A stretch of 64,000 nucleotides of DNA from positions 4,918,181 through 4,982,180 of the forward strand of contig CM082596.2 of assembly GCA_040954595.2 (NCBI GenBank), in the 5' to 3' direction. A program made the position numbers and the translations under genes. The stretch is from Balanoglossus misakiensis. Lineage: Eukaryota > Animalia > Hemichordata. Positions 15,015 to 25,857 of this stretch are shown in pieces. The stretch's first letter is position 1. Each line of letters begins with the position of its first letter. The notes under the pieces were generated by a model, which had not been told where the DNA came from, searched no databases, and saw only the letters and a list, made by a program, of their open reading frames with translations.

Positions 15015-15360
15015 GTTTATCACAGCATGTGTCCCACCATTCGTCCACGCAGCTACAGGAAGTTGATAGAGGCGAGCCATGACCGTGACACCCAGGCACG
15101 TTGCAAGACTGTGTCTCGCTCAGATGGTAAGGGCAAGACCCTCCACAGCTCGCCCCTGAGGTGATGTACCGCGTCCGCGTCTGCGTGCCGTCGGTTCCGC
15201 ACGGCGCCGAACACCCCGTCCAGCCGGACCACCCGCTGACGCTGCAGTTCACGGGGCCGCACGCTCGTCGACGGCGACGGCGTCGCCAGCCGTCGGCGGG
15301 CGTCGCCACAAACAAAAGAATTGACAGGCCCACTACCAGAGTCTTGCAGTAGATCTTCAT
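15015..15360 (-). CDS. Variable first exon V1: signal peptide + polybasic + TSP1 + EGF-like
   Basis: MKIYCKTLVVGLSILLFVATPADG-WRRRRRRR-ACGPVNCSVSGWSGWTGCSAPCG..QTRTR..CGGSC..CNVPGC..WWDTCCDK; 346 nt, ends in phase-1 donor C|GTAAGT. Confidence 0.85.
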
Positions 15361-18022
15361 GTCCGGGCCCTGACGAATGTGTGTGCCACTTTTCACCGGG
15401 AAGAAAACGTCGGTTTACCGCCGAGATTTCGCTGATGCCGACGGCGGAATTGCACTTCACAATATTAGTCGTGTGTCCTCGCTTTTCGCGTCGATCTTCA
15501 CTTAGATTTCACCAGCGGGTCTCCGACTCGACACACACGAGCGGTGCCACCGAAAACGATCCTACCACTGACTCAATGTAACACAAGTACACAAGTTGCT
15601 TATTACTCTTGCGCATGCGTTTATTTACTCATCAACTTCCTCGGCATAGTGGAACACCCACCCCACAGCAATCTCGTGCAGTGATTCTGCGTGTTATGGT
15701 TTATAGTGGCGTAATTTCATAGTTATGACATCATTCAACACTTTGCCATACACACGTTTGACATTTGGGTTGAATTTTAATACCCGAACGAATGCGTCTC
15801 TTTAAAATTTAACACAGTGCGCGATGCATTCCAGCAAGAAACTGCGCGGCCATGGGAACAGTTGATGTACTGGCCAGACGTGCGGGCTGGACGGGGTTTC
15901 CCCCTAATCGTCACTGGCAAACAGTATCATGCTACCCCTATTGTCACTACGTCCGACGACCTTTGTTCGGCGTTCATAGAATGGGTTAGTCGATATAATG
16001 AATATTAACAAGTTCGGGGAAAAGGGAAAGTCACTGTTGTTCAATACCACGAACGTGTTGGTCGATTTAAATTACCCACGCACATAAAGTTGTTCAAGTT
16101 TGGTTGTAATGTGGTGCGCATATACACTTGCGCTTTGCGCCTTTAAGGATCACACAATTCCATTTTTTTCGTACGGCGTTATTGTGTCTATATCTGTTTT
16201 TTTAGGTCAACTTGAACGTGAAAGTAAGCTATAAATCGTAGACACTTGCTGGTTCAAGTTTAAAACGATCCCTCCTACGCCTCTTGCCGTTCCACCAAAT
16301 GAAGAGCGTGTGACGCCGTAAAATTTAAACTGAACGACAATTTGCGTTACTGTCGAGTCAACAACCATGTTGATGTTTTTTTTTCTGGAGAGTTACACCT
16401 TCGTCCGCCAAGGTGAGGCCGAGCCAACGACCCGTGGGAGCGGGCGATGGGATATATTCATCATCTGCCACATGCGGTGGACAGGCGCGATCGACAGCGA
16501 GGCAGGCTACACTAACCTAAAAACCTAGTTTGGATGGAAAAAATAATGATCTTTGGCCGCATTTGGGGACACATTCCCTGTTGTTCGTTTACATTATAAA
16601 TTCACACAACAGTGAACACAATAGCCTGAACTGTTTTGGCTCCAATTCAACTCTTCAGGTCTTCGGGCTCTATTCAGGTCTTTCACCGACTGTGGATATG
16701 CGCTGTAACGTTGTTACTAAATGTTTGCCTTTCTACTGCACCGTTCCCTGAACCCGCCTAAAACCAATGCAATATAAAACTCAGCCCTTCGCTGAGTCAC
16801 ACTGGTGCTTGAAGTTGACCTTCCTGGTGAGAATGACCGATGGAGCCAGTCTCGTATGAAAGGAGCTATGATCTTGACTCTCTTGTTGGCCGATCTCGTA
16901 GAGCCCCCCGGCCAACAGCGGACAATACCACGAAAACAACACCACCAAACAATATTTACGAGCGGGTCCTTGGGTTCAGATGACACATGTGTTTGTCTGC
17001 GTGCGGTCACCTTGACACGGTTGAGATTTGCATGATCTGCAAACTCTTTAAAACCCCGTCCTCGTACCTATATGCAGTGCGGAGAAACTGCTAGGAAATG
17101 TTGACGGCATTACCGCCGTACGGGGAAAGGGCTTACGCTATCACGAGGAACCGGGGAATGCCAGCGTGTGCTCAATGCTATTCGGGCGACGAAAGTACAT
17201 GTACAGTAATTCCTAAAATTAAAATTTCTAGCGAAAGTGTAAATGACATTTTGCGGTATACCGCGGTACGGATTCGTCTTAATCCTATTCCAGCTAGCAA
17301 TACGTGCATGTTGGGTGAAAACAGACTTTCACTAGTAATATGATAGGCTGGCCTTCCTGCATCCGCCAAGAAAAGATTAGTTTTCAACCTACTATTAGTA
17401 CGAATAATTGTGTTGCTGTATGTTAGTAGCTAGTGGTCACTTCAATTGGCCGAGGGCGCTCTAAACGGGATCAGTCAGAAACGCGCAAGTCGAGTTAACA
17501 TTTCCTGTATAGTATCATGGAAGTTGAACTTTCCTGACACGATAGACCAAATAAAAGCAAATTTTGAAGAAAAACTCGACACAAAAACAGACATTTCCTT
17601 GCTTGTTTTTATATCGAGTCGGTGATACAACCCTTTTGGTTTCTTTCTGCGTAATGAAACCGTGCCAAAGTCCTCACTCAGTGGGAATCATGTTGGCCGC
17701 AGATATTTTTAAGTACTCGAGCAAAATGGGTAGGTATAACCATCGCTAACCGTGACTATACTACGATGAGACGGTTACTTTTAGAGGCAACACCGACTCC
17801 GCGCTCTCTTTGTCAAGTTGTTGTCGCCGGTCAAGGATAAAGAAGAGCCCCGTTGTCAGTTTTCAATACAGTCACACAATAAAACTTCACAAATGGCCCA
17901 TGGACGGGCAATGACACGTACTGGCAATATAAAACATCCATTGAACCAATATTCTAAGTTAATGAAACTCAAACGTATGCTCCATCTTCGCCTTATATAC
18001 AGCATCGTCTGCATCTACTCAC

Positions 18023-18368
18023 GTTTATCACAGCACGTATCCCACCACTCGTCCACGCAGCTACACGAAGTTGGCAGAGGCGAGCCGTGCCCGTTGCATC
18101 CGGGCACGTTGCACGCCTGCGTCTCGCTGAAGTGGTACGAGCAGGACCCGCCGCAACTCTCCGTCACCGTCTTGTACCGCGTTCTCGTCTGCCTGCCGTC
18201 GGTTCCGCACGGCGCCGTGCACGCCGACCAGGCCGTCCAGGCGCTGACTTGGCAGTGGACCGGGCCGCAGCCTCCGCCTCCCCGCCGTCGTCGCCATCCG
18301 TCGCACTGCACGGCGCACCACAGAAGTAAAAGTACCATCAAGGGCAGTTTCGTCGCCAGGGATGCCAT
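18023..18368 (-). CDS. Variable first exon V2: signal peptide + polybasic + TSP1 + EGF-like
   Basis: MASLATKLPLMVLLLLWCAVQCDG-WRRRR..CQVSAWTAWSACTAPCG..WWDTCCDK; 346 nt, phase-1 donor C|GTGAGT. Confidence 0.85.
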
Positions 18369-20193
18369 TCTCTCGCTTATCCCTAACTGCAAGGGCCCCT
18401 TAAATGATCTAACTGCTTTCCTTCAAGAAATCCGATGAATATCCCCGACTTGATTAACTGCCAGGCATCCTGTGCGCGAACACAGGCAACCGAACGGCGT
18501 TGACCAAGACACTGGACGAAGACCAAGGCCGACAACGCCAAAAGTAGCTATATATTGCGCATGGCAAGGATTCAAATAACCTAGAAACGTCACAATGAAT
18601 TCCCGTGAATGAAATCTGATCATAAAATACATCACGCGAAAAAAACATCACAGCCGCGACAGTGCGGTTATCACAAGCGTAACACCGAGGGCAGAGTTGA
18701 CCGAGAGGTTACAGTATATTGTCATGTTTATGTAAGTCTCGATAAAGAGTTGGCCATAAACGATGAATCTAATCCACGACACATTTTAAGGTTATTGACC
18801 TCAAATATCTTCAATTTTTCTCACACATTCTTGGCATACTACCCATCAAAGGTTCGGTCATAGTCAATAGGGGTGGGGCAGGTGGTTTTTGGCGATCCTT
18901 CTCAAACTCCGCCGGCCGCGCATAAAATCGTGCCATCCGTGGTGTTTCCATAATTATTAGCAGTGCCCCTCCCCCGATATATCTATAGACCCTTACAGAG
19001 GTCTGAATAAAAAAATAGATGCTGCACACCAACGAAAATGCCAAGATGAAAGGTCGTATAAGGATCTCGGATATCTCGGGGAACACCGATTGCAGAGACG
19101 GTCCTCGTACTGGCGGTAGTCATGGAGGTCGCCCTCGTACGGTAGGACCGATGTTTTATTTCAGTAGTGACCATCCACAGCAACAGCAAGTCTAGACTTG
19201 AAGCGAAAACGAAGGCAGTCATGTGTATTGGAGAATAAGCCGCAAGGACATTTTAACAAACCAGTACATAAATGCATGATTGGCGATTTAAAAAATCTCA
19301 AATTCGCGTCGTCGCCCCATTTCTGGGGGATAAGCCAAGAACAGGAACAATTGTTTTTTTTGTTTGCCTTACCCAAGCATGAGTAGGATGATATGGTTCA
19401 AAAGAAAGCCTCTGCCTTTGGGAATCTAACTCTTCACTCATTGTAACGCTTGTCATAGAATAGGTTACCTCAGTCTTGACATTGCCCCGAGAGAGTAACT
19501 AATCATTTCAACCATAAAGAGCAGTCTGTGCGAAGGAATGCGGAAACTCTGGCAAATCTCGTTCCTAAACATCCGCGTTTTTTGTTATAGAATAGATGTA
19601 TCAAAACAGAGATACTAGTAGTACGGAACATTCTGGCTACCTCAAAAATAACTTCTTGTTAGGTCATAAATTTATATCTTTGTAGTTAACATATTAAACT
19701 CATTCAACATTTTTCACGATGCAGAGCGTGCGGGGTAACCACTCTCCTGAGTCGGTGGAACATGGTGGAGGAATCCGCTAAAGTTTCGACCGCTTGTCCG
19801 AAGCCCTTTTGACGCGTTCCGGAAACAGTGTGGGCAAAACCCAGGGGGAGATTGCAAGGAGCAATTCAGATTGGTGCGTGCGATATTAGGGGAAACACAA
19901 AGTGTGATAGCGAAAGCAAAAATTGTCTTCCAGTATTATGTACACTGTTCTCAATGTTGATACACACATACATTTTATGTTTATGAAACGGTACGTCGAA
20001 CATAGGGTACTTATGACTTTTGGCGCTCTTTTGATAAACGGTTGAAACAGAAACGGAAAGTATCCCACACGCATGTTGAAGGCTAGCTGTGCTACCGTTC
20101 GGGTGATGATGTGCTGATTTCCCGAGGGAATCGGTGTTTCATCACCACGCACGGTACAGCTGCGTTTCCACGGCAAGCTGGAGGCATACTTAC

Positions 20194-20533
20194 GTTGATC
20201 ACAACACGTATCCCACCAGACCTCCACGCAGGTACAGTACGACGACTGAGGGGTGCCGTGGCCGTGGCAACCGGGGTTGTTGCAAGACCGCGAGTCAGAC
20301 AGACCGGGGCAGCCTGCACCACCACAGCTTGCGTGCTGGGTGACGTATCTGGTCCTGCTCTGTGTACCGGTGGTGCCGCACGGAACGGAGCACGAAGACC
20401 AGGCAGACCAGGCGCTTACTGTGCAGTGTCTAGTGTCGCACCGCCTCCTGCGACGCCTTCCCCACCATCCCTCGGCGTCGTCCGCAACCAGTGCGCACAC
20501 GACCAGAGCGAAAACAATCCATCGCAAAGACAT
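20194..20533 (-). CDS. Variable first exon V3: signal peptide + polybasic + TSP1 + EGF-like
   Basis: MSLRWIVFALVVCALVADDAEG-WWGRRRRRR-CDTRHCTVSAWSAWSSCSVPCG..WWDTCCDQ; 340 nt, phase-1 donor C|GTAAGT. Confidence 0.85.
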
Positions 20534-20550
20534 CGCTCTTCTTTCAATTA

Positions 20551-21294
20551 GGGAGCATTCGTTTTTGACAGGGAGGGGGGGGGGCGGTGGAATTTGAGTC
20601 GCCGACTAAATGTAAAAGGCAACCCCCCCTGGAAATTACTTTTCTAAAATGTGACCCCCCCCCCCCCCCCGAAAAAAAAAAGTTTATCCACCGGATTAAA
20701 CTTATCATGGACACAGCGCTCCCATGAAAAGAATTTGAAACCGATGTTTCCTCTCATCAGTGGGTAGTAAAACTGAACATTGTTTTTTTTTTTTTAGTAC
20801 ATTGTATTTGTATTCTGTGTTGGGAGACATTGTAAACCGAGAATTGAAGGGGGTGGGTTTGGAGAAGAAAATTTTATAAAATACAGAGCTCAAAGCTGCA
20901 TTTTAATGAACCCAGCAAAAGCAAATTAACGTCGCCGCTTAAAGTTATCATGGGGTGGGGGCAAGTCCCCTGACCTGGGACACTAGATAAACCAGTCAAT
21001 GATTGTAAGGTGTTGATGAATGGAGGGGGTGGGTGTGGGGGTTAGGAGGGGGTGGGTGTGGGGTGTCCCCCTCCCACATTAGAAAATTTTGTAAAATAAA
21101 GGACGCGAAACTGCATTTTTGTGGACTCAAAATAAATATTTAGCCGTCAAAGTTTTCAAGTCCCCCCCCTTTCAGTCCCTATATAATAATCCCTTGATTA
21201 TAAAATTTGTCCCCCCCTAAAAACTGCTTTGTAAAAGTAAACCCCCCCCTGATTTCCACCGGCCCCCCCCTCCCTGTAAAAAACGAATGCTCCC
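20551..21294. mobile_element. 744-bp PIF/Harbinger-like non-autonomous element just upstream of the V3 start codon
   Basis: TIR GGGAGCATTCGTTTTT(G/T)ACAGGGAGGGGGGG; TTA duplicated at 20548-20550 and 21295-21297; the empty site (caattagacacagaacc) is visible in paralog V4. Confidence 0.9.
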
Positions 21295-21640
21295 TTAGAC
21301 ACAGAACCTAACTTCTGATGACGGCGGTATTTGACGGGGCGTCTGCCTGCTTGCCTGACTTGCTGTGCGCAGACGAGTGTCAGGGTAGGTTTTTACATAT
21401 ACGTTTTATGCATAAACGGGTATTCTCAATGGCCTGGGGATTCAAATTCCCGAGAAAAACGACTGACGTCATTCTGGTTTCCGGGGTAATATAGGGGAAA
21501 AGCCCGATCACTTACACGCGCGTCTGCATTAACCCTTTAGGGACATTTCAGAAGGAAAATATAATATTATCTTTTTGTCTTCCATGTGGGCTTTCATAGC
21601 TTAACGTTTTATTGACGGGTATTCAGGTACATGTACTTAC

Positions 21641-21992
21641 GTTTATCACAACATGTATCCCACCATGTAGCAGTACAGTCACATGAGGACGAAAGGGGAG
21701 AACCGTGGCCATGGCAACCGGGATTGTTGCAAGACTGCGAGTCAGAAAGACCAGGGCAGCCTGAGCCGCCACAGATTGGGTCCACGGTGACGTATCTGGT
21801 CCTGCTCTGTCTGCCGCTTGTGCCACACGGAACGGAGCACGACGACCAGCCGGACCAGGCGCTCACCTGGCAGTGCCTAGGGCCGCACGGCGCTGGACTG
21901 CGCCTTCTGCGACGCCTTCCCCACCACCCTTCGGCGTCGTCCGCAATCAGTGCGCACACGACCAGGATGAAAACAATCCATCGAAAAGACAT
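21641..21992 (-). CDS. Variable first exon V4: signal peptide + polybasic + TSP1 + EGF-like
   Basis: MSFRWIVFILVVCALIADDAEG-WWGRRRRRR..CQVSAWSGWSSCSVPCG..WWDTCCDK; 352 nt, phase-1 donor C|GTAAGT. Confidence 0.85.
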
Positions 21993-22108
21993 CGCTCTTC
22001 TTTCAATTAGACACAGAACCTAACTTCTGATGACAGCGATATTTGACGGGGTTCTTGCCTGCCCGGCTGTGCGCAGATGAGTGTCAGGGTATAGGTATTG
22101 ACACACAG

Positions 22109-22137
22109 TTTTATACACGTACGGGTATTTTTATTGG
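22109..22137 (-). promoter_or_regulatory. Candidate core promoter of V4 (TATAAAA plus upstream CCAAT)
   Basis: Minus strand TATAAAA at 22115-22109 and CCAAT at 22137-22133, about 120 bp upstream of the ATG; the homologous position upstream of V3 reads CATAAAA. Confidence 0.4.
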
Positions 22138-22885
22138 CCCCTTCCCTGCAAATCAGGTCCCTAGGAATTTGGTAAATTTATCAATATTTGGATACCCTCA
22201 CGGCAAGTAAAGCTTTCTTTGATTGGTCATTGATTGATTGGTTGAAACATTTGGTGTATATATATGTGAAGGACGCTGCATTCGATATCCCAGTTCTTTT
22301 TACAGTCTTTCCGGGTTCGTGGTCCCCGTTTCTATATGGCCATTGTATCTGCAGACTGTCGCCAAACAAACTAACACTTGCCGTGGCAACAGAAACTTTC
22401 AAGTTTCCGGGTTGAATGTCTGTTTTAAACACTCATTATTGTTGTTAGCAACGCGCATGATCTACACCTGCATAAGAAAGTGCACGTGTGTTGTTGGCCC
22501 CTATTGAGACAGTGGAAACCTTCTAGGCCTATATGCGGCGGGCTCTATCCGGAAAGGTAGTAACAGCTGGCTTATGTGGTTAAACGTATTCGCCTGTCTA
22601 AAAGTATACCTACTTTACAGCTCATAACAAATTTCCACATAATAAGACTTCAAGACATCATACAAATATAATGGCAAAACATTACTCACCTAATGTTGCA
22701 TCACCTATTACGAAAATAGGAAAAAAAAGGTATTAGATATCACATGTTACAGGGACAACAAACTGCATTTCTGACATTATTATTTGCATCATATGTCCTC
22801 TTGCAAACTGTTTATATTTTCATTATGCTAATTGAAAAGTTTCCATTTCCCATTAGTGAAGTATTACATACTGTACAGAACTTAC

Positions 22886-23158
22886 AATGGTAGCGAACTT
22901 CTAGGTATTTCTCCGTCCCTCGGCAAGGATCCCCAAAGACGCCGTTGGACGCGCTGAGGGAACACTGTCGGTTGCCATTGCACGCCGCACTGACGACTGT
23001 TAGACTCGAAGACGCGCCACAGTTGGTGACTGAAGAATGTCCACACGTCGACGAGCTCGTCCGACCGTAGTTGGCCCATGCTATTCGTATGGCTTCGTGG
23101 GTTTGGCAAGTGATAGTGAGGTGTGGCGAACCGTGTTCACATGCGATAGAAGTCTGCG
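22886..23158 (-). CDS. SUEL-type (rhamnose/galactose-binding) lectin domain exon, not shown in the ORF track
   Basis: Acceptor ttttttcaatcacacag, then (A)QTSIACEHGSPHLTITCQTHEAIRIAWANYGRTSSSTCGHSSVTNCGASSSLTVVSAACNGNRQCSLSASNGVFGDPCRGTEKYLEVRYH, then T|GTAAGT. Contains the SUEL hallmarks ANYGR and DPCxGTxKYL. 273 nt, phase 1-1. Confidence 0.9.
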
Positions 23159-23685
23159 CTGTGTGATTGAAAAAAAAATATTACATGTCAGTCATTTGTG
23201 CCACACTTGCTGTATTACAGTATTTTTGTACCGTACTCGAAATAAAACCAGACAAACGCACGAGTGAGTGGTACACGTTTATTCTCCAGTGGCCCTATGT
23301 TCCATGGTTCAACGACGCGGATTGGCCGTTTGTGGACCAAATACCTTAGATGCACGAACCGCTTCGGTTTGCATCCAGACCCCTTGTTCCACAAGCATGC
23401 CTGCATACATAACAAGGAAGGGACGTGGTTTGGGGATTCCCCCTTCTTCGCTTGTCTTACACGATCGATCTCAAAGAGCGTCATTATGAGTGGATTCGAA
23501 GGTCATTTAATTGTCACGTAAATTGTCTTGACGCGTAACTTTAGAATGTAACGTCATCGACTAGGATGGCCTACTTCGTTCGCATTTCACTCCTCTCCAC
23601 GATCAGTCTGAATTTTTAATGTGTGCATTGTATGTTTGGAATTTTTTAAGTTTTTGACATGACATAAAGCAATAAATACTTGTAC

Positions 23686-23877
23686 TGTTGAAACCTATTC
23701 TTACTTCATATAAGCGTACATGAACCAGGAAAGTAGGCGAAAGCCGGATTTTCAGTGACTTTCAAATCCGGCAAACCTGATTGTTGAAACCTATTCTTAG
23801 TTCATATAAGCGTACATGAACCAGGAAATTAGGCTAAAGCCGGATTTTCAGTGACTTTCAAATCCGGCAAACCTGAT
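23686..23877. repeat. 96-bp tandem duplication (2 near-identical copies)
   Basis: tgttgaaacctattctta...ggcaaacctgat at 23686 and 23782. Confidence 0.9.
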
Positions 23878-24272
23878 TAGGTTACTCAAGAATAAGTGTA
23901 TATCAGAAACCCCTGATACAATAATAACTGTCTGAAAGTGTTTTCAGACTATCAAAAAGCAGTGTTATCCTCTTGCGTTACTATATTTTTCCTCGCTCTA
24001 TTTGCGCTGTGGTATTGCGACCGCTGAAATGTGTGTCGACTGGCAGATGACTTCAATGGGAAAGGAGCAAATCTCCAAAGGTTTCAGTGACGTTATGATC
24101 TTTTGAGTTCATCTTAAGTTCGTCAAGTTGGGACACTTCCGCGTGTGTGTGCCGCGCCAGTTACGTAACTACTGTCCTGTGTCGTTCGTAAATGCTATGT
24201 GATATAAATATCACGGGTATCCTCCTTGTAATAGGGGATGATAGAAAATAAACCTGTCATTAATAACTATAC

Positions 24273-24366
24273 CTGGTCCTGGAACAAAGTAGGTTGATCC
24301 GTGAGTCTCGCAAACCACCCAAGTGGAGATAATTGCAAGAAGGGCCGTCCCAAATGATCGTGACAT
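24273..24366 (-). CDS. Signal-peptide (leader) exon L2
   Basis: MSRSFGTALLAIISTWVVCETHGSTYFVPGP+G|GTATAG; 94 nt, phase 1; paralog of L1. Confidence 0.6.
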
Positions 24367-24705
24367 TCGGAGTACTTTCGCCGCGGACTGCTCAAGATAG
24401 TGTAGCGTGGTACATGTATTGTAGGCCTACTGCATATACACATGCGCACAAGTCGCCTTCACTAACGCCTACGTACGCTGACGGAATCACAGTCCCTACG
24501 CAGGGAATGTCCCAAAGCTTTTAGCCAGAAAGTAGAGATGCGCAGTACTGATACGGCAAACACATACGCTTTGAAAGTGACCGCACGAGGAATCTTCTGA
24601 AGAACAGTAATGTGGCAATGTGAGTAAATGCACCGAAAACTAAAAAGGTGCAAATCTTCATCAGAACAAGGGTTGATAAAAACTAAACCCGTTATTGACA
24701 ATTAC

Positions 24706-24799
24706 CTGACCCTCGAACAACGTATGTGGATCCATGAGTCTGGAAAACCATCCAGGTGGAGGCAACTGCAAGAACGACGGTCCCAAATAATCGCGACAT
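24706..24799 (-). CDS. Signal-peptide (leader) exon L1
   Basis: MSRLFGTVVLAVASTWMVFQTHGSTYVVRGS+G|GTAATT; 94 nt, phase 1; paralog of L2. Confidence 0.6.
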
Positions 24800-25857
24800 T
24801 CGGAGATTAGTCAAACAGCCAAGTGAACGACAGTCACTGTGGTAGGCTACTGAATACAAATCAGTGAAGCTGCTTGCAATGACACACGCACACAAATCGT
24901 TCAGTAACTGCAGCAAACAGTTCGAATCCGTCACTTACAGTCGCGATGTGTGTTTTTCGCGACAAGGGTTATGACCAGTTTAAATCTTATCACGGGGCCC
25001 TGGTATTATGGAAACGGTGACCATGACGACTTCAATGTGGAGAAATGGACACCCGGTAGCCCAAAGGTGCCACTCTGGGCGAACCGTTACTTAACCTTTT
25101 AGAAACGAAATATATGCAGCATACATTGGTCTGAATTAGTCTATTGAAGAGTGTGGACATTTTTTTTACAAAGACTTGGAGAAAGAGCGCATTTTGTGCG
25201 TCACAGCAAGCACAATTCATAGGCCAATTTGCGCTGCCTAAGATTGTTTATCTGCAAACATATGTGTCGAAAACACCTTACAATTTTAACTGTTTTAGTA
25301 CGTACAAAAGCATTACACATAGTCTAGCATACAACCGTAGAGTAGACATGATTTACAATGGCTAAGAATGGACAGTGATAACAATAGGAACCCCAGACGC
25401 ACTTCTTTCACATCACACCCAGGCAATTTTAGTTATATTTCTTTCAATTCGATTTCCGGGATCATGGGCCATTCCTATTATATAAAAAAAACACCAATTC
25501 CCTTTTATCGTATTTCACAATCACTTTAGCAAACGAAGAAAACACGCACCTGTCAAGTGTTCTAGTTAAATGCTCGATATGTCATAGAAATGGTTCTATA
25601 TAGCCTATATTGCGATAACAATGTGTACGATTTATAATCAAGGGTACCCAGGTTGACTTATATGAGACCATAATTTATATTTTCCATCACAATATACATA
25701 TAATGAAATGTGTGGCAGACAGAGTTCGGGGAATTCAATAAAATTAAAGAACATCAGACTGTACGTCCGTTTCTTGTTCAGAAAATGCGTATGCAAACAA
25801 GACGTCGTCCAATCTTTCTGAGCAAGAACGCATTTCAGAGAACGAGAGTGTATCTTT

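Noticed and set aside
15015-21992. V1-V4 as consecutive internal exons of one TSP1-repeat (rhamnospondin-like) protein
   Set aside because: Each has its own ATG and signal peptide and lacks a convincing polypyrimidine acceptor before the TSP1 domain.
17818-22023. Plus-strand ORFs (206, 146, 130 aa) over the V exons
   Set aside because: Antisense shadows of GC-rich coding exons.
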